63,057 bases of DNA from an uncultured Clostridia bacterium (GTDB lineage: Bacteria; Bacillota; Clostridia; TANB77; CAG-508), in contig CALXQP010000017.1 of the NCBI GenBank assembly GCA_944390695.1, forward strand, positions 1 through 63,057, given 5' to 3'. Position numbers and translations under genes: made by a program. The notes below the pieces were generated by a model that made no database searches, had not been told where the DNA came from, and saw only the letters and a program-made list of their open reading frames with translations. This document shows, one piece after another, positions 50,633 through 62,050 of this stretch (positions within the stretch are counted from its first letter, which is position 1; each line of letters starts with the position of its first letter).

Positions 50633-52453
50633 ATGTTAGAACAAATAAATTCGCCAAAAGATTTAAAAAAACTTAATTTAAAAGAAAAACAAAAATTAGC
50701 AGAAGAAATAAGAAAATATATATTAGAAGTAGTAGCAAAAAATGGAGGACATTTGGCATCAAATTTGGGAGTTGTAGAATTAACAATTGCACTACATTCA
50801 GTTTTTGATGTGCCTAAAGATAAAATTGTTTGGGATGTGGGACATCAAAGTTATGTACATAAAATAATAACAGGAAGAAGAGAAGAATTAAAAAATATAA
50901 GAAAACTAAATGGAATAGCAGGTTTTCCTAAAACTAAAGAAAGTGAATCTGATTGTTTTAACACAGGACATAGTAGTACATCAATTTCAGCAGCTTTAGG
51001 TATGGCAAGAGCAAGGGATTTACATGGAAAAGATAATAATGTAATAGCTGTAATAGGTGATGGTGCATTAACTGGAGGAATGGCATTAGAAGCATTAAAT
51101 GATGCAGGTTCTAGTAATTCACATATGACTGTAATTTTAAATGATAATGAAATGAGTATATCTCCAAATGTTGGTGGCCTAAATAATTTTTTAGGAAAAT
51201 TAAGAACCAAAAAATTATATACAAGAACAAATAAAATTATAAAAAAACAAATAAGTTCTATTCCAATTGTTGGAAAAACAGCAGTCAAAGCAATACAAAA
51301 TATAAAAAGAGCAATAAAACAATTAGTAATAAATAGAATGTATTTTGAAGATGTTGGATTTACATATTTAGGACCTGTAGATGGCCATAATATAGAAAAG
51401 CTTGAAAGTATATTAACATTAAGTAAACAAGTAAAAGGGCCAGTATTAGTACATGTATTAACTAAAAAAGGAAAAGGATATGAAATAGCTGAAAAAAATC
51501 CAGACAAATTTCATTCAATACCAGCATTTGATATAAATACAGGAGAGCCAAAAAAGAAGAAAACTAAAGATTATTCAAAAGTTTTTGGAGATAAATTGGT
51601 AGAATTTGCTAAAAATAATGACAAAATTGTGGCAGTAACAGCTTCAATGAAATCAGGTACTGGTTTAACAAGATTTAGCCAGGAATTTCCATATAGAATT
51701 TTTGATGTAGGAATTGCAGAACAACATGCAATTACAATGGCTGCAGGAATGGCAAAAGAAGGGATGATACCAGTTGTACCAATATATTCATCATTTTATC
51801 AAAGAGCATATGATCAAGTAATTCATGATGTTGCTATGCAAGATTTACCTGTTATTATGTGTGTGGATAGAGCAGGAATTGTCGGAGCAGATGGTGAGAC
51901 ACACCAAGGAACTTTAGATATGGCATTTTTTAGGTTGGTGCCAAATTTAGTAATTATGGCTCCAAAAGATTTTAAAGAACTTGAAGATAGCCTGGAATTT
52001 GCAGTAAATTTAAAAAAGCCTGTTGTAATTAGATATCCTAGAGGAGGAGAAGATGAAAAAATCAAGTTTGAAAAACATGAAAAAATTGAGCTTGGAAAAT
52101 CTGAAATTCTACAAAAAGGTGATGATTTAACTATAATTGCTATTGGAAAAATGGTTTCTAAAGCTGTGAAAATTGCAAAGAAAATAGGAGGTTCAGTAGA
52201 AATTATTAATGCAAGATTTCTAAAACCTTTTGATGAGGAAGTTGTTAAATGTTCTTTAGAAAAAACTAAAAATGTTATTACTATTGAAGATGGAACTAAA
52301 ATAAATGGACTTGCTACTACTGTTAAAGAATTAATTGTGGATAATGAATTACAGGGAATCAAGTTTAAATCTTATGCTTATCCTGATGAATTTATCCAAC
52401 ATGGTAGTGTGGAAGAATTAGAACATTTAAAATTAGATAAAGATTTATTTTAG
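50633..52453 (+). CDS. dxs: 1-deoxy-D-xylulose-5-phosphate synthase
   Basis: GGHLASNLG, WDVGHQ, GHSSTS, GDGALTGG, GIAEQHA, DRAG..GADG.THQG, IRYPRG. Confidence 0.97.
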   Translation: MLEQINSPKDLKKLNLKEKQKLAEEIRKYILEVVAKNGGHLASNLGVVELTIALHSVFDVPKDKIVWDVGHQSYVHKIITGRREELKNIRKLNGIAGFPKTKESESDCFNTGHSSTSISAALGMARARDLHGKDNNVIAVIGDGALTGGMALEALNDAGSSNSHMTVILNDNEMSISPNVGGLNNFLGKLRTKKLYTRTNKIIKKQISSIPIVGKTAVKAIQNIKRAIKQLVINRMYFEDVGFTYLGPVDGHNIEKLESILTLSKQVKGPVLVHVLTKKGKGYEIAEKNPDKFHSIPAFDINTGEPKKKKTKDYSKVFGDKLVEFAKNNDKIVAVTASMKSGTGLTRFSQEFPYRIFDVGIAEQHAITMAAGMAKEGMIPVVPIYSSFYQRAYDQVIHDVAMQDLPVIMCVDRAGIVGADGETHQGTLDMAFFRLVPNLVIMAPKDFKELEDSLEFAVNLKKPVVIRYPRGGEDEKIKFEKHEKIELGKSEILQKGDDLTIIAIGKMVSKAVKIAKKIGGSVEIINARFLKPFDEEVVKCSLEKTKNVITIEDGTKINGLATTVKELIVDNELQGIKFKSYAYPDEFIQHGSVEELEHLKLDKDLF

Positions 52454-52458
52454 AATAT

Positions 52459-52747
52459 TCAAGCATTTATGATTAAATTCATATTTTTTCAATTGAGAGG
52501 GGCTCAGCACCAATAATGCAGTGATTATATTTTGAACAAATTACGAGTGTGACCGGAGTAGTGTTACAAATTCTTAAGCAAAAGGCATAAAGGGTCCTGT
52601 CTTCGGGTATTGTTGTGCCTTTTGTTTTAGAATTTGTTAACGTAACATAGGGTAGCCGAGAAATTTGTTCAAAATATAATCACTGCATTATTGGTGCTGA
52701 GCCCCTCTCCATTGAAAAAAATATGAAACTTAAGTATGAAAGCTTGA
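52459..52747. repeat. Long nested inverted repeat (~290-bp hairpin; MITE/REPIN-like)
   Basis: Perfect 48-bp arms 52495-52542 / 52662-52709, inner arms 52566-52590 / 52613-52637, imperfect outer extension. Confidence 0.85.
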
Positions 52748-52810
52748 TTTTTGGGTAGATTTAAAGTATAATCATATACATAAAAATGTAAGAAATAGAA
52801 AGGATTTCAT

Positions 52811-54565
52811 ATGAAAGCAATAGAAATAAGAAATAAATATTTGAATTTTTTTAAAAATCATGGACATGTAGTGATTCCATCAGCACCATTGATTCCAGAA
52901 AATGATCCATCAGTATTATTTACAACAGCGGGAATGCAACCACTAGTGCCATATTTGTTAGGTGAAAAACATCCACAAGGAAAGAGATTAACAGATTATC
53001 AAAAATGTATAAGAACAAATGATATTGAAGAAGTTGGAGATAATCGTCATTTAACATATTTTGAAATGTTAGGAAATTGGTCATTAGGGGATTATTTTAA
53101 AGAAGAATCAATACAAATGAGTTATGATTTTTTAACACAAGAATTAAATATACCAGCAGAAAAAATATCAGTAACATGTTTTGCTGGAGATGAAGATTGC
53201 CCAAGAGATGAAAAAACTGCAGAATGTTGGAAAAAGGCAGGAATTCCAGAAGAAAGAATTTATTATTTTGGAAAAGATGACAATTGGTGGATAGCAGGAG
53301 AAGAAGGACCATGTGGACCAGATACAGAAATGTTTTATGATACAGGAAAACCAAAATGTTCAGAAAATTGTAATCCATCATGTGGATGTGGAAAATATGT
53401 AGAAATTTGGAATAATGTATTTATGGAATTTTTCAAAAGTAAAGATGGTAAATACACAAAACTTAAGCAACAAAATGTGGATACAGGTCTAGGATTAGAA
53501 AGAATGACAATGATACTAGAAGGAAAAGAAACTCCATTTGAAACAGAGCTTTTTTCAGCAGTGATGAATAAATTAGTGGAATTAGAAAAAGTAGATAATA
53601 TAGCAAGTAGAAGAATAATTGCAGAACATTTACGTTCAAGTATGATGATAATTTGTGATGGTGGCAGACCAAGTAATGTTGATAGAGGATATATTTTAAG
53701 AAGATTAATACGTAGAATGATAAGACATATAAATAAATTACAAATATCATTAGACGAATTATCAACATTAATAGATATAAATGTGGAAAGTTTAAAACAA
53801 TTATATCCGGCACTTGAAACAAATAAAGAAATAATCAAAACAGTTATATTAGAGGAAAAGGACAAATTTGTAAAAACTCTAACAAAAGGAGAAAGAGAAT
53901 TTGCAAAAGAAATAGAAAATGTAAAGCAACAAGAAAAAGAAATAATTCCAGGAGAAATTGTATTTAAATTATATGATACCTATGGATTTCCTCCAGAAGT
54001 AACAGAAGAGCTAGCAACTGAAAATGGAATGAAAATAGATAAAAAAGAATTTGAAAAATTATTTAAAGAACATCAAGAAAAATCAAGAGCAGGAGCAGAG
54101 CAAAAATTTAAAGGAGGACTTGCTTCAACAGGAGAAATGGAAACAAAATATCATACAGCTACACACCTTTTAAATGCAGCATTAAGAGTTGTTTTAGGTT
54201 CACATGTACATCAAAGAGGAAGTAATATTACTGCAGAGAGGATGAGATTTGACTTTTCTCATCCAGCTAAAATGACTGATGAAGAAAAGAAAAAAACAGA
54301 AGATTTGGTAAATGAATGGATAAAAGAGGCAATACCAGTAGAACATCTTGAGATGAAAAAAGATGAGGCTATAAAATTAGGAGCAGAAGCTATGTTTATT
54401 GAAAAATATGGAGATATTGTTTCTGTTTATAAAATAGGAGATAAATCTATTGAATTATGTGGAGGTCCTCATGTATCAAATACTTCAGAATTAGGACATT
54501 TTAAAATTCAAAAAGAAGAATCAAGTTCATCAGGAATTCGTAGAATTAAAGCAATTCTAGAATAA
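52811..54565 (+). CDS. alaS: Alanine--tRNA ligase (short form, no C-Ala domain)
   Basis: FTTAGMQP, HLTYFEMLGN, GPCGP.TE, DTGLGLER, HTATH editing motif, ELCGGPH, GIRRI. Confidence 0.95.
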   Translation: MKAIEIRNKYLNFFKNHGHVVIPSAPLIPENDPSVLFTTAGMQPLVPYLLGEKHPQGKRLTDYQKCIRTNDIEEVGDNRHLTYFEMLGNWSLGDYFKEESIQMSYDFLTQELNIPAEKISVTCFAGDEDCPRDEKTAECWKKAGIPEERIYYFGKDDNWWIAGEEGPCGPDTEMFYDTGKPKCSENCNPSCGCGKYVEIWNNVFMEFFKSKDGKYTKLKQQNVDTGLGLERMTMILEGKETPFETELFSAVMNKLVELEKVDNIASRRIIAEHLRSSMMIICDGGRPSNVDRGYILRRLIRRMIRHINKLQISLDELSTLIDINVESLKQLYPALETNKEIIKTVILEEKDKFVKTLTKGEREFAKEIENVKQQEKEIIPGEIVFKLYDTYGFPPEVTEELATENGMKIDKKEFEKLFKEHQEKSRAGAEQKFKGGLASTGEMETKYHTATHLLNAALRVVLGSHVHQRGSNITAERMRFDFSHPAKMTDEEKKKTEDLVNEWIKEAIPVEHLEMKKDEAIKLGAEAMFIEKYGDIVSVYKIGDKSIELCGGPHVSNTSELGHFKIQKEESSSSGIRRIKAILE

Positions 54566-54686
54566 AATTTTAAATTTAAAGAATAAAAAAGGAGAAAATG
54601 TTGGAAAAGAATTAAATTTTGACGTAGCCAAAATTGTAATTATTTTTCAACCGGATTTGTGCCTTAAGAAAGGAATAAGATTAGTT

Positions 54687-55034
54687 ATGAAAGAAGATTG
54701 TATATTTTGCAAAATAATCAAAGGAGAAATTCCATCAAGTAGAGTATATGAAGATGAAGAAATATTAGCATTTAATGATATAAACCCAGCTGCTCCAATA
54801 CATGTATTAGTAATTCCAAAAAAACATATAAAGTCATTAGCTGATATGGAAGCTGGAGATGAAGAAATTATTGAAAAGATTTATAAAGTTATAAATGATA
54901 TTGCTGAAAAACAAGGTTTTAAAGAAAATGGATATAGAGTAATAGTAAATTGTGGAAAAGATGGAGGACAAGAAGTAGGACATTTGCATTTTCACTTATT
55001 AGCAGGAACTCAATTAGGGGAAAAAATTGTCTAA
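54687..55034 (+). CDS. HIT family nucleotide-binding protein
   Basis: DCIFCKI, HLHFH histidine triad. Confidence 0.92.
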   Translation: MKEDCIFCKIIKGEIPSSRVYEDEEILAFNDINPAAPIHVLVIPKKHIKSLADMEAGDEEIIEKIYKVINDIAEKQGFKENGYRVIVNCGKDGGQEVGHLHFHLLAGTQLGEKIV

Positions 55035-55102
55035 AATACTACCAATTTTTATATAAATATGTTATAATATATTATATATAGAAAATAATGGAGGTATAAC
55101 AA

Positions 55103-55777
55103 ATGAATAGAAAATATAGTAATTTTTTAACAATACTTCTAATTGTGGTAATAATAGCAATAATAGGAATAATAGGTTTTTTAGGATATAAATATTATGA
55201 AGCATATATAATAAAAAGTAGTGCAGAGGAATTTGTTAACTCATGGGATTCTGATAATAATCCTGATACAATAGGAGGCAATACAAATAATACAGGTGAG
55301 ACAAGTAATGATATGTTTGAAGGTGTAGAGGAAGGAGAGAATACAGGAGGAAGTTCAGGACCTAAAAAATATAATGGATTTTTAACAGCAGGAACAATAG
55401 AAATACCTGCAACAAAATTGAAATGTCCAGTATTAGATCAATCTGAATATTCTCCAAAAGCATTAGAAACATCAGTAGTAGTAATATATGGTGTAGGTTT
55501 AAATCAACCAGGAAATACAACTATAGTTGGACATAATTATAGAAGAAATGGAGTATTTTTCTCAGACAATAAAAAATTAAATGTTGGAGATAAAATATTC
55601 ATAACAGATGGAGAAGGTAGAAGATTAGCTTATACAATATATGATAAATATGAAACAACAGACAATGATGCAGAATATATGACAAGAGATACACAAGGTG
55701 CAATAGAAGTATCATTATCAACATGTACAGATGATAGTAAATCTAGAATAATAATATTAGCTAGAGCAGATGTTTAA
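55103..55777 (+). CDS. Sortase family protein
   Basis: TM, IEIP, GHNY, LSTC, R. Confidence 0.85.
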   Translation: MNRKYSNFLTILLIVVIIAIIGIIGFLGYKYYEAYIIKSSAEEFVNSWDSDNNPDTIGGNTNNTGETSNDMFEGVEEGENTGGSSGPKKYNGFLTAGTIEIPATKLKCPVLDQSEYSPKALETSVVVIYGVGLNQPGNTTIVGHNYRRNGVFFSDNKKLNVGDKIFITDGEGRRLAYTIYDKYETTDNDAEYMTRDTQGAIEVSLSTCTDDSKSRIIILARADV

Positions 55778-55782
55778 ATAAT

Positions 55783-55810
55783 AGGACATGTTTGAAAAAA
55801 AGCATGTCCT
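55783..55810 (+). terminator. Hairpin after the sortase gene
   Basis: AGGACATG...CATGTCCT. Confidence 0.5.
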
Positions 55811-55819
55811 TAATTTGTG

Positions 55820-55880
55820 TTTATATAATAAGAAAGTATAACTTTACTGTTATATAAAAAGCTACAATCGTTAAAACGAT
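55820..55880. repeat. AT-rich palindromic repeat family B, copy 3
   Basis: TTTATATAATAAGAAAGT..CTTTACTGTTATATAAAAAGCTACAATCG. Confidence 0.7.
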
Positions 55881-55897
55881 CTTAAGAGAGGAATTGA

Positions 55898-57904
<2,007 letters not shown>

Positions 57905-57928
57905 ATTGTCACATAGAAAGGAATTTAT

Positions 57929-58180
57929 ATGGATAAATATACATTTGAAGATATGTGGTTAGACTTAAAAAATGGATATCAAATATATTATACTTATGTG
58001 CGAAATAGATATGTACTATTTAAAACTGCAAAAAATTGTTATACACAAAAATTATTATCAGATGATCCAAAAAATCCGCAACCTAAAATGACAATGCTAA
58101 CATTAAAAAGAGTGAAAGAAATGTTTCCATATATGGAAGATATTGAATATAAAGTAGGAATATTTGAAAATGAACAGTAA
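57929..58180 (+). CDS. Small conserved hypothetical protein
   Basis: AAAGGA RBS, operonic between ligA and folD. Confidence 0.65.
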   Translation: MDKYTFEDMWLDLKNGYQIYYTYVRNRYVLFKTAKNCYTQKLLSDDPKNPQPKMTMLTLKRVKEMFPYMEDIEYKVGIFENEQ

Positions 58181-58228
58181 AATTACAAATATATAAATAT
58201 TTTATTTCTTTTTGAAAGGAAGAGAAAA

Positions 58229-59068
58229 ATGGCTGAAATAATAGATGGAAAAAAATTAGCACAAAAAATAAGAGCAAAATTAAAAATACAATGTGATGAA
58301 TTAAAAGAAAAAGGTATTAAACCAAAATTAGCAGTAATAATGGTAGGAGATGACAAAGCATCACAAGTATATGTTAGAAATAAAAGTAAAGCATGTGATG
58401 AAATTGGAATAGAATTTGAGGAATTTATATTAAAATCTGAAATAAAGCAAAAAGAACTTATAGATTTAATAGAAAAACTTAATAAAGATAATACAATAAA
58501 TGGAATATTGCTACAAAGTCCAATACCAAGCCACTTAGATATAAATGAAGCATTTAGGACAATAGATCCAAAAAAAGATGTTGATGGATTTAATCCTGTA
58601 AATGTAGGAAAATTATGTTTAAATCAAGACACATTTGTATCATGTACTCCATATGGAATAATGAAAATGTTTGAAGAATATAATATTGATTTAACAGGCA
58701 AAAATGTAACAATTTTGGGTAGAAGTAATATTGTAGGAAAGCCATTGATACAATGTTGTTTAAATAAAAATGCAACAGTAACTGTATGTCATTCAAAAAC
58801 AAAAGATTTAAAACAATGCACAAAAAATGCAGATATAGTTATAGCTGCTATTGGAAAATCAAAATTTGTTACATCAGATATGATAAAAGATGGTGCAGTT
58901 ATTATAGATGTAGGGATAAATAGAGGAGAAGATGGAAAATTAACAGGTGATGTTGATTTTGAAAATGTGAGTAAAAAAGCAAGTTTTATTACACCGGTTC
59001 CAGGTGGGGTTGGACCAATGACTATAGCAATGCTTATGAATAATGTTATAAAATCATGTTTAATTTAA
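58229..59068 (+). CDS. folD: Methylenetetrahydrofolate dehydrogenase/cyclohydrolase
   Basis: YVRNK, KDVDG, GRSNIVGKP, DVGIN, TPVPGGVGPMT. Confidence 0.97.
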   Translation: MAEIIDGKKLAQKIRAKLKIQCDELKEKGIKPKLAVIMVGDDKASQVYVRNKSKACDEIGIEFEEFILKSEIKQKELIDLIEKLNKDNTINGILLQSPIPSHLDINEAFRTIDPKKDVDGFNPVNVGKLCLNQDTFVSCTPYGIMKMFEEYNIDLTGKNVTILGRSNIVGKPLIQCCLNKNATVTVCHSKTKDLKQCTKNADIVIAAIGKSKFVTSDMIKDGAVIIDVGINRGEDGKLTGDVDFENVSKKASFITPVPGGVGPMTIAMLMNNVIKSCLI

Positions 59069-59084
59069 AATTTAATAATAAAAT

Positions 59085-59117
59085 AAGGGGGCAATTTTAC
59101 AAATGCCTTCTTTTTTT
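59085..59117 (+). terminator. Rho-independent terminator after folD
   Basis: AAGGGGGCA...TGCCTTCTT plus T run. Confidence 0.5.
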
Positions 59118-59146
59118 GTAAAAATTTTGATTGACATAGAGAAAGG

Positions 59147-59811
59147 ATGAGAATATTGAATATAAAAGAAATATTAATTGGAGATGAAAGATATCCTAAA
59201 ATTTTAAAAGAAATATATGATCCACCTAAAAAATTATATGTTTTGGGAGATGAAAAGATTTTGAATGAAATTGGAATTGCAATTATTGGGGCAAGAAAAG
59301 CAACTCAATATGGGAAAAAGATTACATATGAGTTTGCAAATGATTTAAGTAAATTGGGATTTAATATTATTAGTGGATTAGCAGTTGGTATTGATAGTTT
59401 TGCACATTTGGGAACTTTGCAAGAAAATTGTATCCGGCAAAACAGTTGCAGTTTTAGGGAGTGGAATTGATGTATTATATCCTAAAGAAAATATTGAATT
59501 AGCTAGAAAAATTGTTAAAAATGGTGGTTGCATAATTTCAGAATATCCTAACCGGTACAAGACCACTTGGCTCGAATTTTCCGCAAAGGAATCGCATTAT
59601 TAGCGGATTATCTAGTGGAGTTTTGGTTGTTGAGGCTAGTAAATCAAGTGGTGCTTTGATTACTGCTGATTTTGCTTTAGAACAGGGCAAAAGCGTTTTT
59701 GCAGTTCCTGGAAATATAACGAGTGAAACAAGTGAAGGATGTAATGAATTGATACAACAAGGAGCCAAGATGGTTATTTCGATTAGAGATATATTAGAGG
59801 AGATATGTTAA
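59147..59811 (+). CDS. dprA: DNA-protecting protein DprA (core domain), encoded in three frames joined by two +1 breaks at CGG (about 220 aa)
   Basis: YP..LKEIYDPP, AIIGAR, SGLAVGID..AH | GKTVAVLGSG..YP..N, ISEYP | GT.P...[42 protein letters not shown]. Confidence 0.85.
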
Positions 59812-59858
59812 TTTGGTGCCGGTTCTCTTTTTGCCTTTGTCAATTTGGTGCCGGTTCT
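59809..59858 (-). repeat. Dispersed element, locus 7 (short form); overlaps the dprA stop codon
   Basis: Copies at 59809 and about 59842. Confidence 0.85.
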
Positions 59859-59958
59859 TAAATTATCAAAATTTGATAAAAGCTTGAAAATAATAAATAA
59901 AATGTGTATACTAATTTTATAAATAAAAGAGAAAGGGATTGAAGGTTGAAAAATAATT

Positions 59959-61764
59959 ATGGATAAAAATGGTATAGAGAATTTAGAAAATTTGATAAAT
60001 AAAATAAAAATTACAGAAGATAATAAAGCTGATGTAGAAAAGATGAAAGAATTAATAGAACAAAAAAGATATTTGGAAATTATTCCAATATTAAATAATT
60101 TAAAATCTGGAGAAAAATTAAAAAAACCAGAAATTGAATTAGAAAGAATAAAAAAACATGAAGTGCTAGAAGATGATGAAGAAGATATTGAAAAAATATA
60201 TGAAGAAGAAGAAAAAAATGTAAAACAAGAAGATGATGATAAAGATAATGAAAAAAGTGTATTTCCAGAGAAATTGTCAAATATAGAATTAGAAGAAAGA
60301 TATATAGGTTTATTATTAGATAATCCTAAAGCAATATCAATGTATTATATTTTACATGATGATTGTTTTTTTGAGAGTGAAAAATTACTTAATTTGTATA
60401 AAAGTATATTATTTACTGAAGGACAAGCATATGCACCGCAAATAGCTAAAAATGATTTTAATTTTGCCAAAGAAAGTCCAAATACATATATACAAAAAAA
60501 CAGATTAAAAGAAAAAGTAAGATTAGGAAAATATGATTTTGAAAAAACATATGTAGAATTAGTAAAATTATTTGAAATAAGGAAAAATTATTTGTCAAAT
60601 CCGATAAAAGAAACTCAAGAACAAATAATGGATATTTTAAAATATGAATTATATGATAAAATGACAATTCAAGAGGTAAAAGGAGCTATAGAACAAATAA
60701 CAGCAACAGAAAAATTTAAAAAATCGGTTCTTAGTGAAAATATTACAGATTTTTTAATAACAGGTGAAAATAGTTTGACAACAGGTTTAGAATTACCATT
60801 TCCAATATTAAGCAGTGTTTTTAAAGGAATAAGAAAAGGTGAAACTATGGCATATGCTATGCCATCAAATTCAGGAAAAAGTAGATTTACAATTAATTTG
60901 GCATCATATTTAAGCTTTATACATAAGAAAAAAGTATTGATAATATCAAATGAGATGTCAGAAGAGAAAATGAAATTATGTTTTATAACTACAATTTTAA
61001 ATAATAAAAAAATTCAAGAATTACATGGGCAAAATATAGCAAAAACAGAGGGAGAATTACTAGAATTCAAATTTAGACCAGATGAAGGGATTGATGTAGA
61101 AACTGATGAAAATGGGTTTGTAAAAAAAGCTGAAAAAGAAAGTCAAAAAGAATTTGCTAAAAGATTAGAAGATATATCTACTGAATTTAAAAAAGTTATA
61201 TCTGTAACTGAATGGGCAGAAAAACAAATAAAAAATTCACTATATTTTGTAAATATTACAAATCATACAAATGATGAGTTAGAGAAAATTATTTTAAATT
61301 ATTATTATAAAGAAAAAATAGAATATATTTTTTATGATACATTAAAAACTGATACAGATAATATAGGTAATGGTGAAGAATTGAAAAAGACAGCAACAAT
61401 ACTTTCAAATTTAGCTCAAAATTTGAATATATTTATAGCATCTTCATTGCAGTTGGCTGAAAGCAATACATTACCGATTAATTTGAATATTAATGATTTA
61501 GCTGTAAGTAGAACAGTAAAAGAAGTATTAGATACATTATGTTTAATAAAACAAATACATAATGAAGATCTTGATAAATATGAGTATTCATTAGAAGAAG
61601 TAGATACTAAATTTTATGATTTGAAAAAATCAGAAGATCCTGATGTTAGATATTATGCTTGTGTTGTTGATAAAAATAGAGCGGGTGCTAAACCAAAAGT
61701 AGTTTTTAGATTAAATTTAGCTTATAATTTCTGGGAAGAATTAGGATATTTGAGATTAAAATAA
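59959..61764 (+). CDS. Divergent DnaB-like (SF4) helicase
   Basis: TGL..PFP.L....GIRKGE, Walker A-like AMPSNSGKS, ISNEMS, FYDTLK, SLQL, DKNRAG. Confidence 0.7.
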   Translation: MDKNGIENLENLINKIKITEDNKADVEKMKELIEQKRYLEIIPILNNLKSGEKLKKPEIELERIKKHEVLEDDEEDIEKIYEEEEKNVKQEDDDKDNEKSVFPEKLSNIELEERYIGLLLDNPKAISMYYILHDDCFFESEKLLNLYKSILFTEGQAYAPQIAKNDFNFAKESPNTYIQKNRLKEKVRLGKYDFEKTYVELVKLFEIRKNYLSNPIKETQEQIMDILKYELYDKMTIQEVKGAIEQITATEKFKKSVLSENITDFLITGENSLTTGLELPFPILSSVFKGIRKGETMAYAMPSNSGKSRFTINLASYLSFIHKKKVLIISNEMSEEKMKLCFITTILNNKKIQELHGQNIAKTEGELLEFKFRPDEGIDVETDENGFVKKAEKESQKEFAKRLEDISTEFKKVISVTEWAEKQIKNSLYFVNITNHTNDELEKIILNYYYKEKIEYIFYDTLKTDTDNIGNGEELKKTATILSNLAQNLNIFIASSLQLAESNTLPINLNINDLAVSRTVKEVLDTLCLIKQIHNEDLDKYEYSLEEVDTKFYDLKKSEDPDVRYYACVVDKNRAGAKPKVVFRLNLAYNFWEELGYLRLK

Positions 61765-62050
61765 GTTATAAAATAATATTACATTTTATAATCCTAATAC
61801 AGAAGAACAAATAGTGCAAGCTATGGCTAGAGTTTTGGCATATAATTTGGCAGAGAGTGATGAAGAAATAAAATTCGATTATAATTTTCAAAATTCTCAC
61901 GAGAATATAGAAAATGAATCAGAATTGCAAAATTTAATAATATTAATTGAATAAAATAATCATATATGTTAAAATCAAAACAGATAATATTTTCATTATA
62001 TATAGATAAATATGTTAAAATGTAGTATAATATAAAGAAAGGTTGGTTTT

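Noticed and set aside
50851..52362. Long antisense ORFs (e.g. 50851..51507, 51823..52362, and similar ones throughout the window)
   Set aside because: Shadows of well-supported plus-strand genes caused by codon bias; no RBS or motifs.
52459..52810. T-box riboswitch upstream of alaS
   Set aside because: No clear T-box consensus (AGGGTGGNACCGCG) or terminator/antiterminator, and the likely alaS promoter lies downstream of the hairpin.
54590..54660. Tiny uORF (MLEKN) and hairpin between alaS and the HIT gene
   Set aside because: Too short and AT-rich to distinguish from an ordinary terminator-like hairpin.
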